Below, one piece after another: positions 35,809-46,000 of a DNA stretch of 64,000 bases. The notes beneath the pieces are model-generated. The model was not told where the DNA came from. It did not search any database and saw nothing but the letters and a program-made list of their open reading frames with translations. How positions within the stretch are numbered: the stretch's first letter is position 1; each line of letters starts with the position of its first letter. The position numbers were made by a program, and so were the translations under genes. The DNA comes from Candidatus Falkowbacteria bacterium (GTDB taxonomy: Bacteria; Patescibacteriota; Patescibacteriia; Patescibacteriales; UBA12075): positions 39,425-103,424 of the forward strand of contig DOSJ01000010.1 in assembly GCA_003514005.1 (NCBI GenBank), written 5' to 3'.

Positions 35809-38619
35809 ATGTTAAAAAATGTGTTTAACCATTTTTTTGTAAAAAGAAAATCCAAGGAAAAACTGCTTAGTAAAATAGTCGCTATTTCTTTTATTTTGTT
35901 TCAAACGGTTTTTTTAATAATACTTTTGGATTCAAAAATTTTTAAAGTTGGGGCGCAAACTGGCGATACAACCATCATTTCAAATCAAACTTTATACACA
36001 ATCGAACCATTCAAAATAAATATACTAAATCCCGAAAACGCATCAACCCAATTCGGTGATTTAAATATTAAAATTAAATTAAACTTTACCAACATTGCTC
36101 ATATAAACGGTAAATTAATCTTTGGCACCAGCACAATATTCCAAAGTTTTAGCCCGGTTTTAAACGACGGTTATTATAATTATGTATTTCCGACATCCAG
36201 CCTTGAAAATGGTTATTATAAAATAGTTATTCATGCGAGATTAACGACAGCGCAAATAGCTGAGCACTCGATTGAATTTTTTTACCGCAAAAAAACAATT
36301 ACCGAAGTTAATTATCCGATTACGGAACAAGCGACGACAACCACTGAGGCCGTTATTTCTGATGATACCGCAAATGATTTTTTAGCCGAATCAGATTTTG
36401 TTTTAGCTGATTTGAGCGAAATAAGCACTTCCTCGATAGAGGAAATTAACAACACTCTAGCTACCACCAATCCAATTCTTGATAGCGCTTCCGATGTGCT
36501 TATTGCAACTACAGTAGATGGCAGGTTTAACACAGCGCAAACACAACAAAACCCAGACACGGATCCATTAATATTATTTTTTAACGGCACTTTTCCGCAA
36601 ACAATCTCAGCGAATAAAATCTTTAATCTGCAAACCAACAAACCGGTTGATGATGTTGATTTTTTTATTTACGGCCAAACAAATAAAAAATTTGATTCAA
36701 ACTTATATAACAGTATTTATAGCTTCACTCTACCGGCAAAGGATTTTTCAAATGGACGATACATGCTAGAAGCTAGGGCAATAATAAATAACGCAATAGC
36801 GGCGACAAACACTGTTGAAATTATTATTGAAAATCCGGCGCCTCAAATCATGGATAAGCCGATCAGCTACTCGGAAACAGCCACAAATCAAAGCGCTACG
36901 TCCTCGAGAATAGCTACGGCCGAAAATCAAACAAACGAAACAAACGAAAACAAGGAAGTTACGGATGAATGCAAAATAATCGGTATAAACGATTATGGCG
37001 ATTGTCTGATTTTTGAAAACCTAGATCCGCAATGCAAACAAAAGGAAATAAAAACACAATATCAATGCGCGCTTTACTTAAATATGGACGCCAGATGCAA
37101 AGAACTGAATCTAAGTGAAAATGAATGCAGGGAGTATCAGAAACTGTCCCGTGATTGCCAAAACGTAGGCATTACGACTACGTTACAATGCCAAAATTTT
37201 ATTTATAATAAAGCATTGTCGCAAACATGCTTACAAAATAACATAACAGACCATGAAAAATGCAATGAATATTTAACGCTTCTTTCATTGCCTTTTGTTT
37301 GCGCGGAAGCGGAAATAAAAACAAAAGAAAAATGCCGGGATTTTTTAAAAACCAAACAATTAGCTACGGAATGCAAAAACGCCGGAATAAATACCGAAGC
37401 GGAGTGCAATGACTACATTGACGAAGTAAAACAAAAAGCTATTTGCGAATCATTGGAAATTTCAGACAAAAATCAATGCCAGTATTATTGGCAAAATAAA
37501 TATTTAAATCAAGACTGTTTAAACATCGGTATAAATAATCAAACTGACTGCAATGCTTTATTATTCAAAAAATCAAGCAGACAAATATGCGAAACAGCGG
37601 GAATAAGCGATGAAAAAAAATGCGCGCAGTTCATATACAACAAATATCAGTCTGAAATAAATTGTGGAGATACGGACAAATGGCAATGTCAAGAAATTAT
37701 TGAAACAAAATTCTTGGGAGAAATAACCGACAAGCAGACAAAGTATAATGAACTGAATGAAAACTTATCTCACTTTATAAACAAAAAAATATCAATTTCC
37801 GAAATACAATCAGAATTAATCATGGCAAAAGGTTTGCTGCCCTTGAACAGCAAAAATACGCATGTAAAAATATTGCGTCTTGAAAATAAGATACTGCTTG
37901 AAAACAGTAATTTAATCCAAACCTCCCCACTGGCGCTTATTATCGATAATGACGGCGATGGCCTGCCGGATGATACGGAAAAAAGAATAGGCACTGACCC
38001 GAATATTCCAGACAGCGATAATGACGGTTATTCAGACGGCGATGAGGTAAAAAATAATTTTAACCCTTTGGGAACAAGGGGGCTTTCCAAAACTCTTACC
38101 CCGCTTGATCTTGCATTGATAAACGGAGTACTGCTAGAACAGCCTAAAACTGCGGGAATTGTTTCTTCTGATTTTTCCATAAGCAAATTTACCAATTCAG
38201 ACGAAGAAAATTCCTACAAAATATCCGGTACGGCCGAGGCGAATTCTACGATCGCTCTTTATATTTACTCTGACATGCCTCTCCTGGTTACCGCCCGCAC
38301 CGATGAATATGGAAATTGGGAATATGTTTTAAAAGAATCCTTAATTGAAGGCGAACATGAAATCTACGCCGTTTTGAATGACAATACCGGACGCATCACT
38401 AAAAAAAGCAACCCGATTAATTTTTTTATCAAAGAAGCAAAGGCGGTTTCACTCCAAGATTTTGTTTCCGGCGCACCCAAAAACGCGCCAACCAAAACCG
38501 AAAGCATGTTAAGTCTTTATATTGTAATATCCCTCACAATCGCTTTTGCCGGAATACTTTTATTCATCGTCTTTATCATAATGCGTAAAAACAAAAAAGA
38601 TTTAAATGATGAAATATAG
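35809..38619 (+). CDS. Large surface protein: N-terminal anchor, beta-rich domains, 11 Cys-pair repeats, TSP3-like Ca-binding repeats, Ig-like domain, C-terminal TM anchor
   Basis: 936 aa. Cys repeats span aa 388-627. DNDGDGLPDDTEKRIGTDPNIPDSDNDGYSDGDE lies at aa 712-745. The C-terminal helix LSLYIVISLTIAFAGILLFIVFII is followed by a basic tail. Confidence 0.75.
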   Translation: MLKNVFNHFFVKRKSKEKLLSKIVAISFILFQTVFLIILLDSKIFKVGAQTGDTTIISNQTLYTIEPFKINILNPENASTQFGDLNIKIKLNFTNIAHINGKLIFGTSTIFQSFSPVLNDGYYNYVFPTSSLENGYYKIVIHARLTTAQIAEHSIEFFYRKKTITEVNYPITEQATTTTEAVISDDTANDFLAESDFVLADLSEISTSSIEEINNTLATTNPILDSASDVLIATTVDGRFNTAQTQQNPDTDPLILFFNGTFPQTISANKIFNLQTNKPVDDVDFFIYGQTNKKFDSNLYNSIYSFTLPAKDFSNGRYMLEARAIINNAIAATNTVEIIIENPAPQIMDKPISYSETATNQSATSSRIATAENQTNETNENKEVTDECKIIGINDYGDCLIFENLDPQCKQKEIKTQYQCALYLNMDARCKELNLSENECREYQKLSRDCQNVGITTTLQCQNFIYNKALSQTCLQNNITDHEKCNEYLTLLSLPFVCAEAEIKTKEKCRDFLKTKQLATECKNAGINTEAECNDYIDEVKQKAICESLEISDKNQCQYYWQNKYLNQDCLNIGINNQTDCNALLFKKSSRQICETAGISDEKKCAQFIYNKYQSEINCGDTDKWQCQEIIETKFLGEITDKQTKYNELNENLSHFINKKISISEIQSELIMAKGLLPLNSKNTHVKILRLENKILLENSNLIQTSPLALIIDNDGDGLPDDTEKRIGTDPNIPDSDNDGYSDGDEVKNNFNPLGTRGLSKTLTPLDLALINGVLLEQPKTAGIVSSDFSISKFTNSDEENSYKISGTAEANSTIALYIYSDMPLLVTARTDEYGNWEYVLKESLIEGEHEIYAVLNDNTGRITKKSNPINFFIKEAKAVSLQDFVSGAPKNAPTKTESMLSLYIVISLTIAFAGILLFIVFIIMRKNKKDLNDEI

Positions 38620-38677
38620 ACTGCCATAAAACTACAATGAGACCTGAGAAATACTTTTTTAAAAAATATTTTTCACC

Positions 38678-38749
38678 TGTCATTCCCGCGAAGGCGGGAA
38701 TCCAGATTCGATTGATAAACCCTGGATTCCCGCCTTCGCGGGAATGACA
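38678..38749. mobile_element. MITE-like element, copy 5 (short, 72 bp)
   Basis: TGTCATTCCCGCGAAGGCGGGAATCCAG ... CTGGATTCCCGCCTTCGCGGGAATGACA. An outer inverted repeat TGAGACCTGAGAAA / TTTCTCAAGTTTCA flanks it. Track ORF 38576-38776 is spurious. Confidence 0.75.
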
Positions 38750-38810
38750 AAAAAAGGAGTTTTTCTCAAGTTTCAATTTATTATTTTATAATAGTTTTGT
38801 AAAAACCAAA

Positions 38811-40190
38811 ATGGACATAAGAAAATTTTTGTTAAAAAACCGAATGGCGGCGCAGATTGCGTATGGTATCGTTTTGATTGTCTTGATTCCGCTCTTGATC
38901 ACCTTTAATACGGTTTTTATTATCAATAAATACAATCAAAGTCTGGATATTACCTTGCAAAGACAAGCGCTTTCTATTGGCAGAACAATTTCTACCTTAA
39001 TGGAAAACGATCTGCCTTGGGCGGAATTCGTTCAGATTAAAATCGATACCTTGCTAAAAAATAATATTACTTTGCAAGCAATCGACGTTCTTGCGCCCGA
39101 AGGCGATGGTTTTAAAATTATCGCCGCCAGCGACAATGAGAGAATCGGAAAAAAAAGCGATTACTATTTTTATAAGCTGGCTTGGATGCAGCCAAATAAT
39201 GACGGCTTGGCTACCGATTCCCCGGACGAAGATGGTGGCGGACAATTTCAAACCGAACCGGATAGCGGGCGGTATTGGATGGTTGCCATGCCAATGAATG
39301 GAAACGACGGCAAGAAAGCGGCTTTGCTGAGCGTAAAAATTTCGTCCAAAATCGTTGATGATCTAACAAACTACAATCGCAATATTTCAATCTATATTCT
39401 AATCGGAACTGTCATGATTGTTATTATGTTTCTTTTGGTCGCTGTTCGCCTTTGGGACTATGCTTTGCTTTACAAAAAAATAAAAGAAGTCGACAAAATG
39501 AAAGATGAGTTTATTTCTATCGCTTCTCACGAATTACGAACGCCGGTTACCGGAATTCGCGGTTTTGCCTCTATGATTATCGACGGCACTATGGGCAAGG
39601 TCAGCGACAAAGTGCTGGCAAGCGTAAAGATGATCCATCAGGCATCGGAGCGCTTGGGCACGCTGGTCGAAGACCTTTTGAATGTCAGCCGCATTGAACA
39701 GAATCGCATGACAATCGCTTTGGAATCGATTGATGCCGGTCATGTCATAAACGAAATCATATCCGAATTAAAAGTACAGGCCGATGCAAAAAAATTATAT
39801 CTGGAATTCAAGCCGAATACGCTTACGCTTCCGATTATTACCGTTGACCCGGCGCGGTTCAAGGAAATAATGATTAATTTAATCGGTAACGCGATCAAAT
39901 ATACGGAAAACGGCGGCGTTGAAATATTGACAAGAGAAAAAATCAAATCAAATACTTTGGAAATCATAATCAAAGACACAGGGATTGGCATGGCTTCGAC
40001 TGATCGGGAAAGATTGTTTGAAAAATTCTATCGCATCCAAAACGACAAGACGAAAAATATCAGCGGAACCGGACTGGGACTTTGGATCACAAAAAGATTA
40101 GTCGAACTTATGAACGGAAAAATAATTATCGACTCCATGGAAGGCGTAGGCACGCAGATTACGCTTTCATTTTCTATTACCAAAGGATAA
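38811..40190 (+). CDS. Sensor histidine kinase (orphan)
   Basis: 459 aa. Two TM helices flank an extracytoplasmic domain of about 150 aa. H box SHELRTP, N box NLIGNAIKYT, G boxes DTGIGM and GTGLGL. No response regulator in the window. Confidence 0.85.
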   Translation: MDIRKFLLKNRMAAQIAYGIVLIVLIPLLITFNTVFIINKYNQSLDITLQRQALSIGRTISTLMENDLPWAEFVQIKIDTLLKNNITLQAIDVLAPEGDGFKIIAASDNERIGKKSDYYFYKLAWMQPNNDGLATDSPDEDGGGQFQTEPDSGRYWMVAMPMNGNDGKKAALLSVKISSKIVDDLTNYNRNISIYILIGTVMIVIMFLLVAVRLWDYALLYKKIKEVDKMKDEFISIASHELRTPVTGIRGFASMIIDGTMGKVSDKVLASVKMIHQASERLGTLVEDLLNVSRIEQNRMTIALESIDAGHVINEIISELKVQADAKKLYLEFKPNTLTLPIITVDPARFKEIMINLIGNAIKYTENGGVEILTREKIKSNTLEIIIKDTGIGMASTDRERLFEKFYRIQNDKTKNISGTGLGLWITKRLVELMNGKIIIDSMEGVGTQITLSFSITKG

Positions 40191-40240
40191 AGGCTTTATT
40201 ACAAAAAGGTAAATATAAATTTTATATAATCTTCAATACT

Positions 40241-43015
40241 ATGCCATATTTCAAATTTAAAAATATTAGCTTGTTTTTTTTCGCGCTTTTAACACTACCT
40301 GTTTTTTTCTTCTGTCTGTCCAATAATCCGGTTCAGGCTCAAGTTGAGGAGGAAGAATGCGCTGAGGCTAGTTTTTCAATTATCGCGCGCTCGAGTACAG
40401 GTGATTTCATTCCTAGTATTACGGTTGAAGTTTTTGAACAGATTACGGATGCCGATAACCGGCCAAAACCGGGAACGAAAATCGCATCCGGAAAAACTAG
40501 CGCGATTACGGGAATTTTTTCCTATACCTTGAAAAAACCAAGCGGAAAACAATATGCGATAAAAATGAATGCCACGGACAAAGACGCAACAGCTTTTTGG
40601 TTTTACGACAGCCTGACTTTGAATTGCGGAGAAAGCAAAGAAGTAACAAAATCACTGAGCGCGCTCGAAATAGTTATTAGAGATGCTTTAGGAGTATTAA
40701 AAACTAATGAACAATTTTCAATTTACGCGCAAAAATATGATGCGGATAACAAGCCACTCAAAGAAAAGCTTTCGCTGATCGCCAGCTTGAACACGGGGGA
40801 AGGCGGAAAAAGCACAATATATGTTCCTGCCAGCTCAAACTTTATTAACGGCTCGGGGGCAGCTTATTATATTTTTGAAAAAATCAACGCCAACGGAGGC
40901 TCTTACAGCCAATATGACATACATGCCAGCGAAGGCAATACGACAAAAATTGATTATAAACTAAGCCGTTTAAAATTGGAAATGCAGGATATAAACGGCG
41001 TGTCTTTTCCGGCAAATTCAAAAATCGAGATTTTCAGCCAAGTCAAAAACGAAGACAATGTTTCGGTTCTTAGTACAAAAATAAAAGACGTCTACACAGA
41101 CGACTTAGGCATGGTTAATTTTGAATACCCGGCCGGCATTTACGCGCTTCGCCTTTTGGGTTCAAGCGGAGTATATACATATTTTTGGGATATCGAAATC
41201 AGGGATCAAACGCAAACTACCTACCAACTAAAAACAAACGAAGAATGGCTACCAAGCGGAGGCGCATGCGAAGCATCTTCAAACTTTACTTTATTTACGC
41301 GGGACTTGGATTACCGGCTGATCGCGGGTTTAAATTTTAATATTTACGAGCAAGGCGTCAATGCCGATGGCAAACCCTATGCTCTTGGCAAATTAAGTGG
41401 CGGCACGATTAATGAATCCGGCCAAAGCACGATTATCATAAATCCGGACCCAAGAAAGAAATATGCCTTGCAGATTTATGAAAAGAATGAAAAAGTCGGA
41501 GATTTTTGGTTTTTTGATCAGATCCAATTTGCCTGCGGACAAAATATGGAAGTTACAAAACAACTTCCTGCCCTAAATATTATTCTGCGCGACAGCAAAG
41601 GTGAATTGTTAAGAAACCAATTATTCTCTTTATATACGGAAAAATTCGATGCGGACGAAAAACCGATAAAAGAAAAAAAAGATTTAGTCTCGGATAAATT
41701 CGATTCCGGTGAAAGCGGAAAAATCACGGTTTACCTGGCCGCCAACCATCCATACCTAAAAGAAAAACGCGGCTCTTATGTAATAACACTTACAAACAAA
41801 GACAAAATAACATTTACTGAATACGGTATAAACATCAGCCCTTCGCAAAATCTTGAACTGGATTATAGCTTAAGCGGTCTGGCAATCACATACAAAAACG
41901 CAGAGGGAAAAATTAACTCTGAAAAAACAGTTGACATATATGAACAAGTGCAAAATGCCGAACGCCAAAATATTCTAGGAAAAAAAATAAAATCACTCAA
42001 AACCGACGCGTACGGTATAGCTTCCCTTGAATATCCGACCGGCAGTTTCGCCGCTGTTGTAACCGACAGCTTACAACAAAAAAATATTTTTTGGAATCTA
42101 TTGATAAAAAACCGCCAAATGTCAAAGACGGAATTAAATGAAAACAAAATCAGAATTAACATCAAAGATGGAACAGGTAAAAAAATAAGCAAAAAAATGA
42201 CAATCAGTGTCTATACTTTAAAAAAAACTCAGGACGCTTACACAATCGACAAAAAACTGAAATCACTCAGCAGCGAAGCGGACGGAACTCTAGACGCTTC
42301 TTTGGCTCCCGGCGCTTATCTGTTTTCTGTCAGCGACCAAAAGATCGAATATGGCAAAGCCATATATGCCGAAAACGGCAAAGCGCAAACTCTTGAAATA
42401 AAAATGAGCTCTGCGGAAAAAATCCTTAGCGGCCAAAAATTCAAGCTTGGCTCCGCAGACTCTTTATCGCTGGCAGAAAAAATGAAAGGCCGCCTGCTTT
42501 TGCAGGTTGAAAATAATGGCGAAACATGGTATGTAGATCCAAATACGCTCAAAAGATTCTATGTCAAAGACGGTCCGACCGCTTATGAAACTCTGCGTAA
42601 ATTCGGACTAGGTATTACTAATGCTGATTTAAACAAAATACCCGTCGGACTTGACGCCCGTTTTGAAGAATGGGATTATGACGGCGACCTAGTACCGGAC
42701 AAAATGGAAGAAGCGCTAGGCACCGATATGTATGAATATGACACGGATAACGACGGCTATAATGACGGAGAAGAACTAATAAACGGCTATAATACGCTTG
42801 GCGCCGGAAAACATAATCTTGACAATAATCTTGCCAAACGTTTAGGCGGAAAAATTTTATTGCAAACCGAATCAAGGGGAGAGGCTTGGTATATTAACCC
42901 AAGCGATAATCGCCGTTATTACATGAAAGACGGCGAATCCGCTTACGAAATAATGCGCTTCTTATCACTCGGAATTACAAACGCAAATTTGGAAAAAATC
43001 GAAGAAGGGAAATAG
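40241..43015 (+). CDS. Large secreted protein: two ~300-aa repeated super-modules of beta-sandwich domains, two ~51-aa C-terminal modules separated by TSP3-like Ca-binding repeats
   Basis: The start is moved to the ATG at 40241 (MPYFKFKNISLFFFALLTLPVFFFCLSNNPVQAQ is a signal peptide). The track start at 40082 overlaps the kinase gene. Confidence 0.75.
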   Translation: MPYFKFKNISLFFFALLTLPVFFFCLSNNPVQAQVEEEECAEASFSIIARSSTGDFIPSITVEVFEQITDADNRPKPGTKIASGKTSAITGIFSYTLKKPSGKQYAIKMNATDKDATAFWFYDSLTLNCGESKEVTKSLSALEIVIRDALGVLKTNEQFSIYAQKYDADNKPLKEKLSLIASLNTGEGGKSTIYVPASSNFINGSGAAYYIFEKINANGGSYSQYDIHASEGNTTKIDYKLSRLKLEMQDINGVSFPANSKIEIFSQVKNEDNVSVLSTKIKDVYTDDLGMVNFEYPAGIYALRLLGSSGVYTYFWDIEIRDQTQTTYQLKTNEEWLPSGGACEASSNFTLFTRDLDYRLIAGLNFNIYEQGVNADGKPYALGKLSGGTINESGQSTIIINPDPRKKYALQIYEKNEKVGDFWFFDQIQFACGQNMEVTKQLPALNIILRDSKGELLRNQLFSLYTEKFDADEKPIKEKKDLVSDKFDSGESGKITVYLAANHPYLKEKRGSYVITLTNKDKITFTEYGINISPSQNLELDYSLSGLAITYKNAEGKINSEKTVDIYEQVQNAERQNILGKKIKSLKTDAYGIASLEYPTGSFAAVVTDSLQQKNIFWNLLIKNRQMSKTELNENKIRINIKDGTGKKISKKMTISVYTLKKTQDAYTIDKKLKSLSSEADGTLDASLAPGAYLFSVSDQKIEYGKAIYAENGKAQTLEIKMSSAEKILSGQKFKLGSADSLSLAEKMKGRLLLQVENNGETWYVDPNTLKRFYVKDGPTAYETLRKFGLGITNADLNKIPVGLDARFEEWDYDGDLVPDKMEEALGTDMYEYDTDNDGYNDGEELINGYNTLGAGKHNLDNNLAKRLGGKILLQTESRGEAWYINPSDNRRYYMKDGESAYEIMRFLSLGITNANLEKIEEGK

Positions 43016-43016
43016 T

Positions 43017-46000
43017 TTAGATATTTTTATAATATTTTTCCGGTCCCATGGTTTTTAAAAGTATCATTTGCAATTGTTCGTGATTAATTTCTCCATTTAA
43101 AGTAAACAAGTCCTCAATCCGCGTCTTGCTTTCGCCATTTGCCAAGATGTGGCTGGAAAATAATTGACCCATCGAAGAAACCATACAGCCTTCAGGCGCC
43201 AAATTAATGCAAAGGTCATATCCTTCCTTGGCTTTTATACTTATCTCACCAAGATAAGCCGGCAATTCTCCTTGCGGCTTGGCCGTTGCCAATACTGCTC
43301 GCGATTCTCCTAAAATACTTTTCATGTCATACGGCAAACGTAAGCTAGCTGCTTTATATAATGGCTTGGCTAAAACGCGCCTAATTCCTTTTTCCAAAAA
43401 ACGAAGCTTGGCAATTTGCACTTTTTCAATCAATCTTTTGCTGATTTTCGGTTCATAATTGTTTTTCTCTCTCATTTCAGTCATCCGATAATTCAAAATC
43501 AGTTCTAAGTAAAGCCATAACGGAGAATATTCGGCCTGAAACGAAGAAAACCCGATCGCGTCCACCAAACCATAAAAAACATCTTCAACTTGCGCCGCTT
43601 TGATATATGCTTCGCCGTCCAAAAAAATCTTGGTACGGCCTTTTTTGTTTTTGGCTTGAGTCGTCTGCCAGCGTTTGGAAAAATCTGACAAGACTTGGCG
43701 CAAACCATTATTGTTATAAAGCCCAAACGCGAAAAATTTATAAACTGCTCCGACAAAAAGCGAGATGCGGCTGATTTTTTCTGAAATGCGCAAGGCATTT
43801 GTTGTTGGTTTTGTTCTGTCTTCCAATACTTGATTAATCTTTTTTTTCAAGTCTAAATACTCCTGATAAAATAATTTAAACTGTTTATAATCAGCGCAGT
43901 CTGCACCGAATTTTAAGAACAGAAAATGCAGTACGCCTTGCAAAACCAAACCTTGGAATGACTGAACCAAAACCCACTCCGGAACGCCGATATTATAGTT
44001 CTCTTTTTCATGGCCGGCCAAAAGCTTAATCTGATAATCAAGCGACCGGTCAAAATTCGCTCCACAGGCTGAACATTCATGTTTCTTGTTCAAAAGAAAT
44101 TTGTGCATTTCAAAATACTGTCCTTGCCGACAGGGACCTGTGCCTTTGTTATCAAATACCAAAATCCGGCTTTTGTCTTTCACAAGCGGATCATTCGCTT
44201 TTTTTCTTTTGACAAAATCTTCTTCTGCCAAAAAAATATCGGCAAATACCGCGGCCAAAGGCGCGCAAACCGAATCGCCGGCATATTTGCGGCCCAAGCG
44301 CACTTTTTGCTCCAAATCATATTCGCCGTCAAGAAAATTATCAATCACGCTTATGCCGGCGCCGCGAAAAACGCTCGTGAGCATCCGATTATCTTGCAAT
44401 GTCGGAAAATAGATGACATCGGTTTCAGGATTCAATTTTTGCGCGTCATAATCATCGATTATTTTTATTTCAAAATTATTTCCCGAAAAAGTTTGGTGCA
44501 ACTTTTTTTCCAGCTGATTGATATAAGTATTCACCCGATTTTCCAAATGAGCCAGCTCCTTGATCATCGCGTCCGACTGGATGAACAGACTGGGGATTTT
44601 TTTTGTGATCTCGGCGATAAGCGGTGAAATGACAGCATCCGGTCCGCAACGGAAAGTCGATACCTGCACCAATGATATCAAACGACTGTCTTTAATCTGT
44701 TCAAATTTTCGAACTATATTTTGCAAGCGCTCATGTTTTAATATTTCCGAAAGCCGGTTGTTGGCAATCACGTTTATCTTGCTTACCAAGTCATGCGGAT
44801 TGCGCCAATAAATGTGGGCAAAATCCGCATCCAATTTTGCCTCAAAAGCATAAGCCGGAATCGCGATGGATCTTTTGTCTTTTATCAGCTTGCCGATATG
44901 ACTGTCATAAATTCCCGGATTAAGGATGTATTCTCTTCCGCAGACGATGGTTATACTGCGCTTTTCCTTCCAACAAAGCTCCAGCGCAAGAGCGGTAATA
45001 TCGGCTACGCTGTCTTTGATTTTTTGATTCTGTCCGTTTGCAAACGCGACTGCTTCGGCTATTCTTTTTTCAGAAGCCTTTATATTGTAAAATCGAAATA
45101 CTTTTTGCAATTTCCGTTTTAGCTGGTTAGCCAGATATTCTGGATCATAGCTCTTTATGCTTAAATCAAAAAGATGGATATTGCTTTGCGGATAACGGGC
45201 CTTGGCAAACCTTTCCGCAACCGCGATTCCGCCCTGGTTAGTGGTGCAAGTCCGGCCCAGACTTTTGCCTTCTGTCGGTAAAAAATCAATCTGCGGAGCA
45301 AGGATAATGCCATGTTCTTCTCCGGCCAAACGGATGAACTGCCCGACCGCGCCGATCAAAGGCGCGCAAACATCGATATCAAACAAGCCTTGAGCGCTGA
45401 GTATGTCTTGCTCCCGCACATTGTCAACGCAAACCGGAATGTCAAGATTTTCAAAAATCTGTGATAAAAAATAAGCCTGCTCCGATACCGCGAAACTGCG
45501 GGGAATAACCAAGCGTTTTTTGTCCATGCTCTTAGGCATCTGCTGATCAATAAATTTCCAGATATCGCCGTACACATCGCTTATTCCGCTTTCGGTCTTG
45601 TCCCCATAAGCAAGTTCGTTTACGCTTGAACAGCCGCCCAGCAATACCGTAAGCTTGTTATCCGAGTTTTGCGACGTAAGCAAAGTGCGCGCACAGCAAG
45701 CATTCTTGTCGCCACAAGCTACGCCATAGCAGTTAATTATCTTTTTTTCAAATTGCAAATCCAAAAAATCATCCAAGTCACAAACGTTTTCCACGATCTC
45801 TTTTTTGGCAATAGACTCGATCAATCCGATACAGGCCCTATGTCCCGGAAACGGCGGCACCAAAGAAAACATTTCTCCGTCATCCAAAAGCCGACGGGTC
45901 GCGGCCAAGGGCAACGGATCAGAAAGCATTGTCTGTCCGTGCAAAAGCACAACCGCGTTTTTGGGAAAATCGATCTGGTTCCAAAGCGTGCGCGCCATAT

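Noticed and set aside
40082-40240. 5' extension of the 977-aa track ORF overlapping the histidine kinase gene
   Set aside because: The extension is basic and low-complexity and overlaps the kinase C-terminus. The Met at 40241 starts a textbook signal peptide, so the gene was trimmed to 40241-43015.
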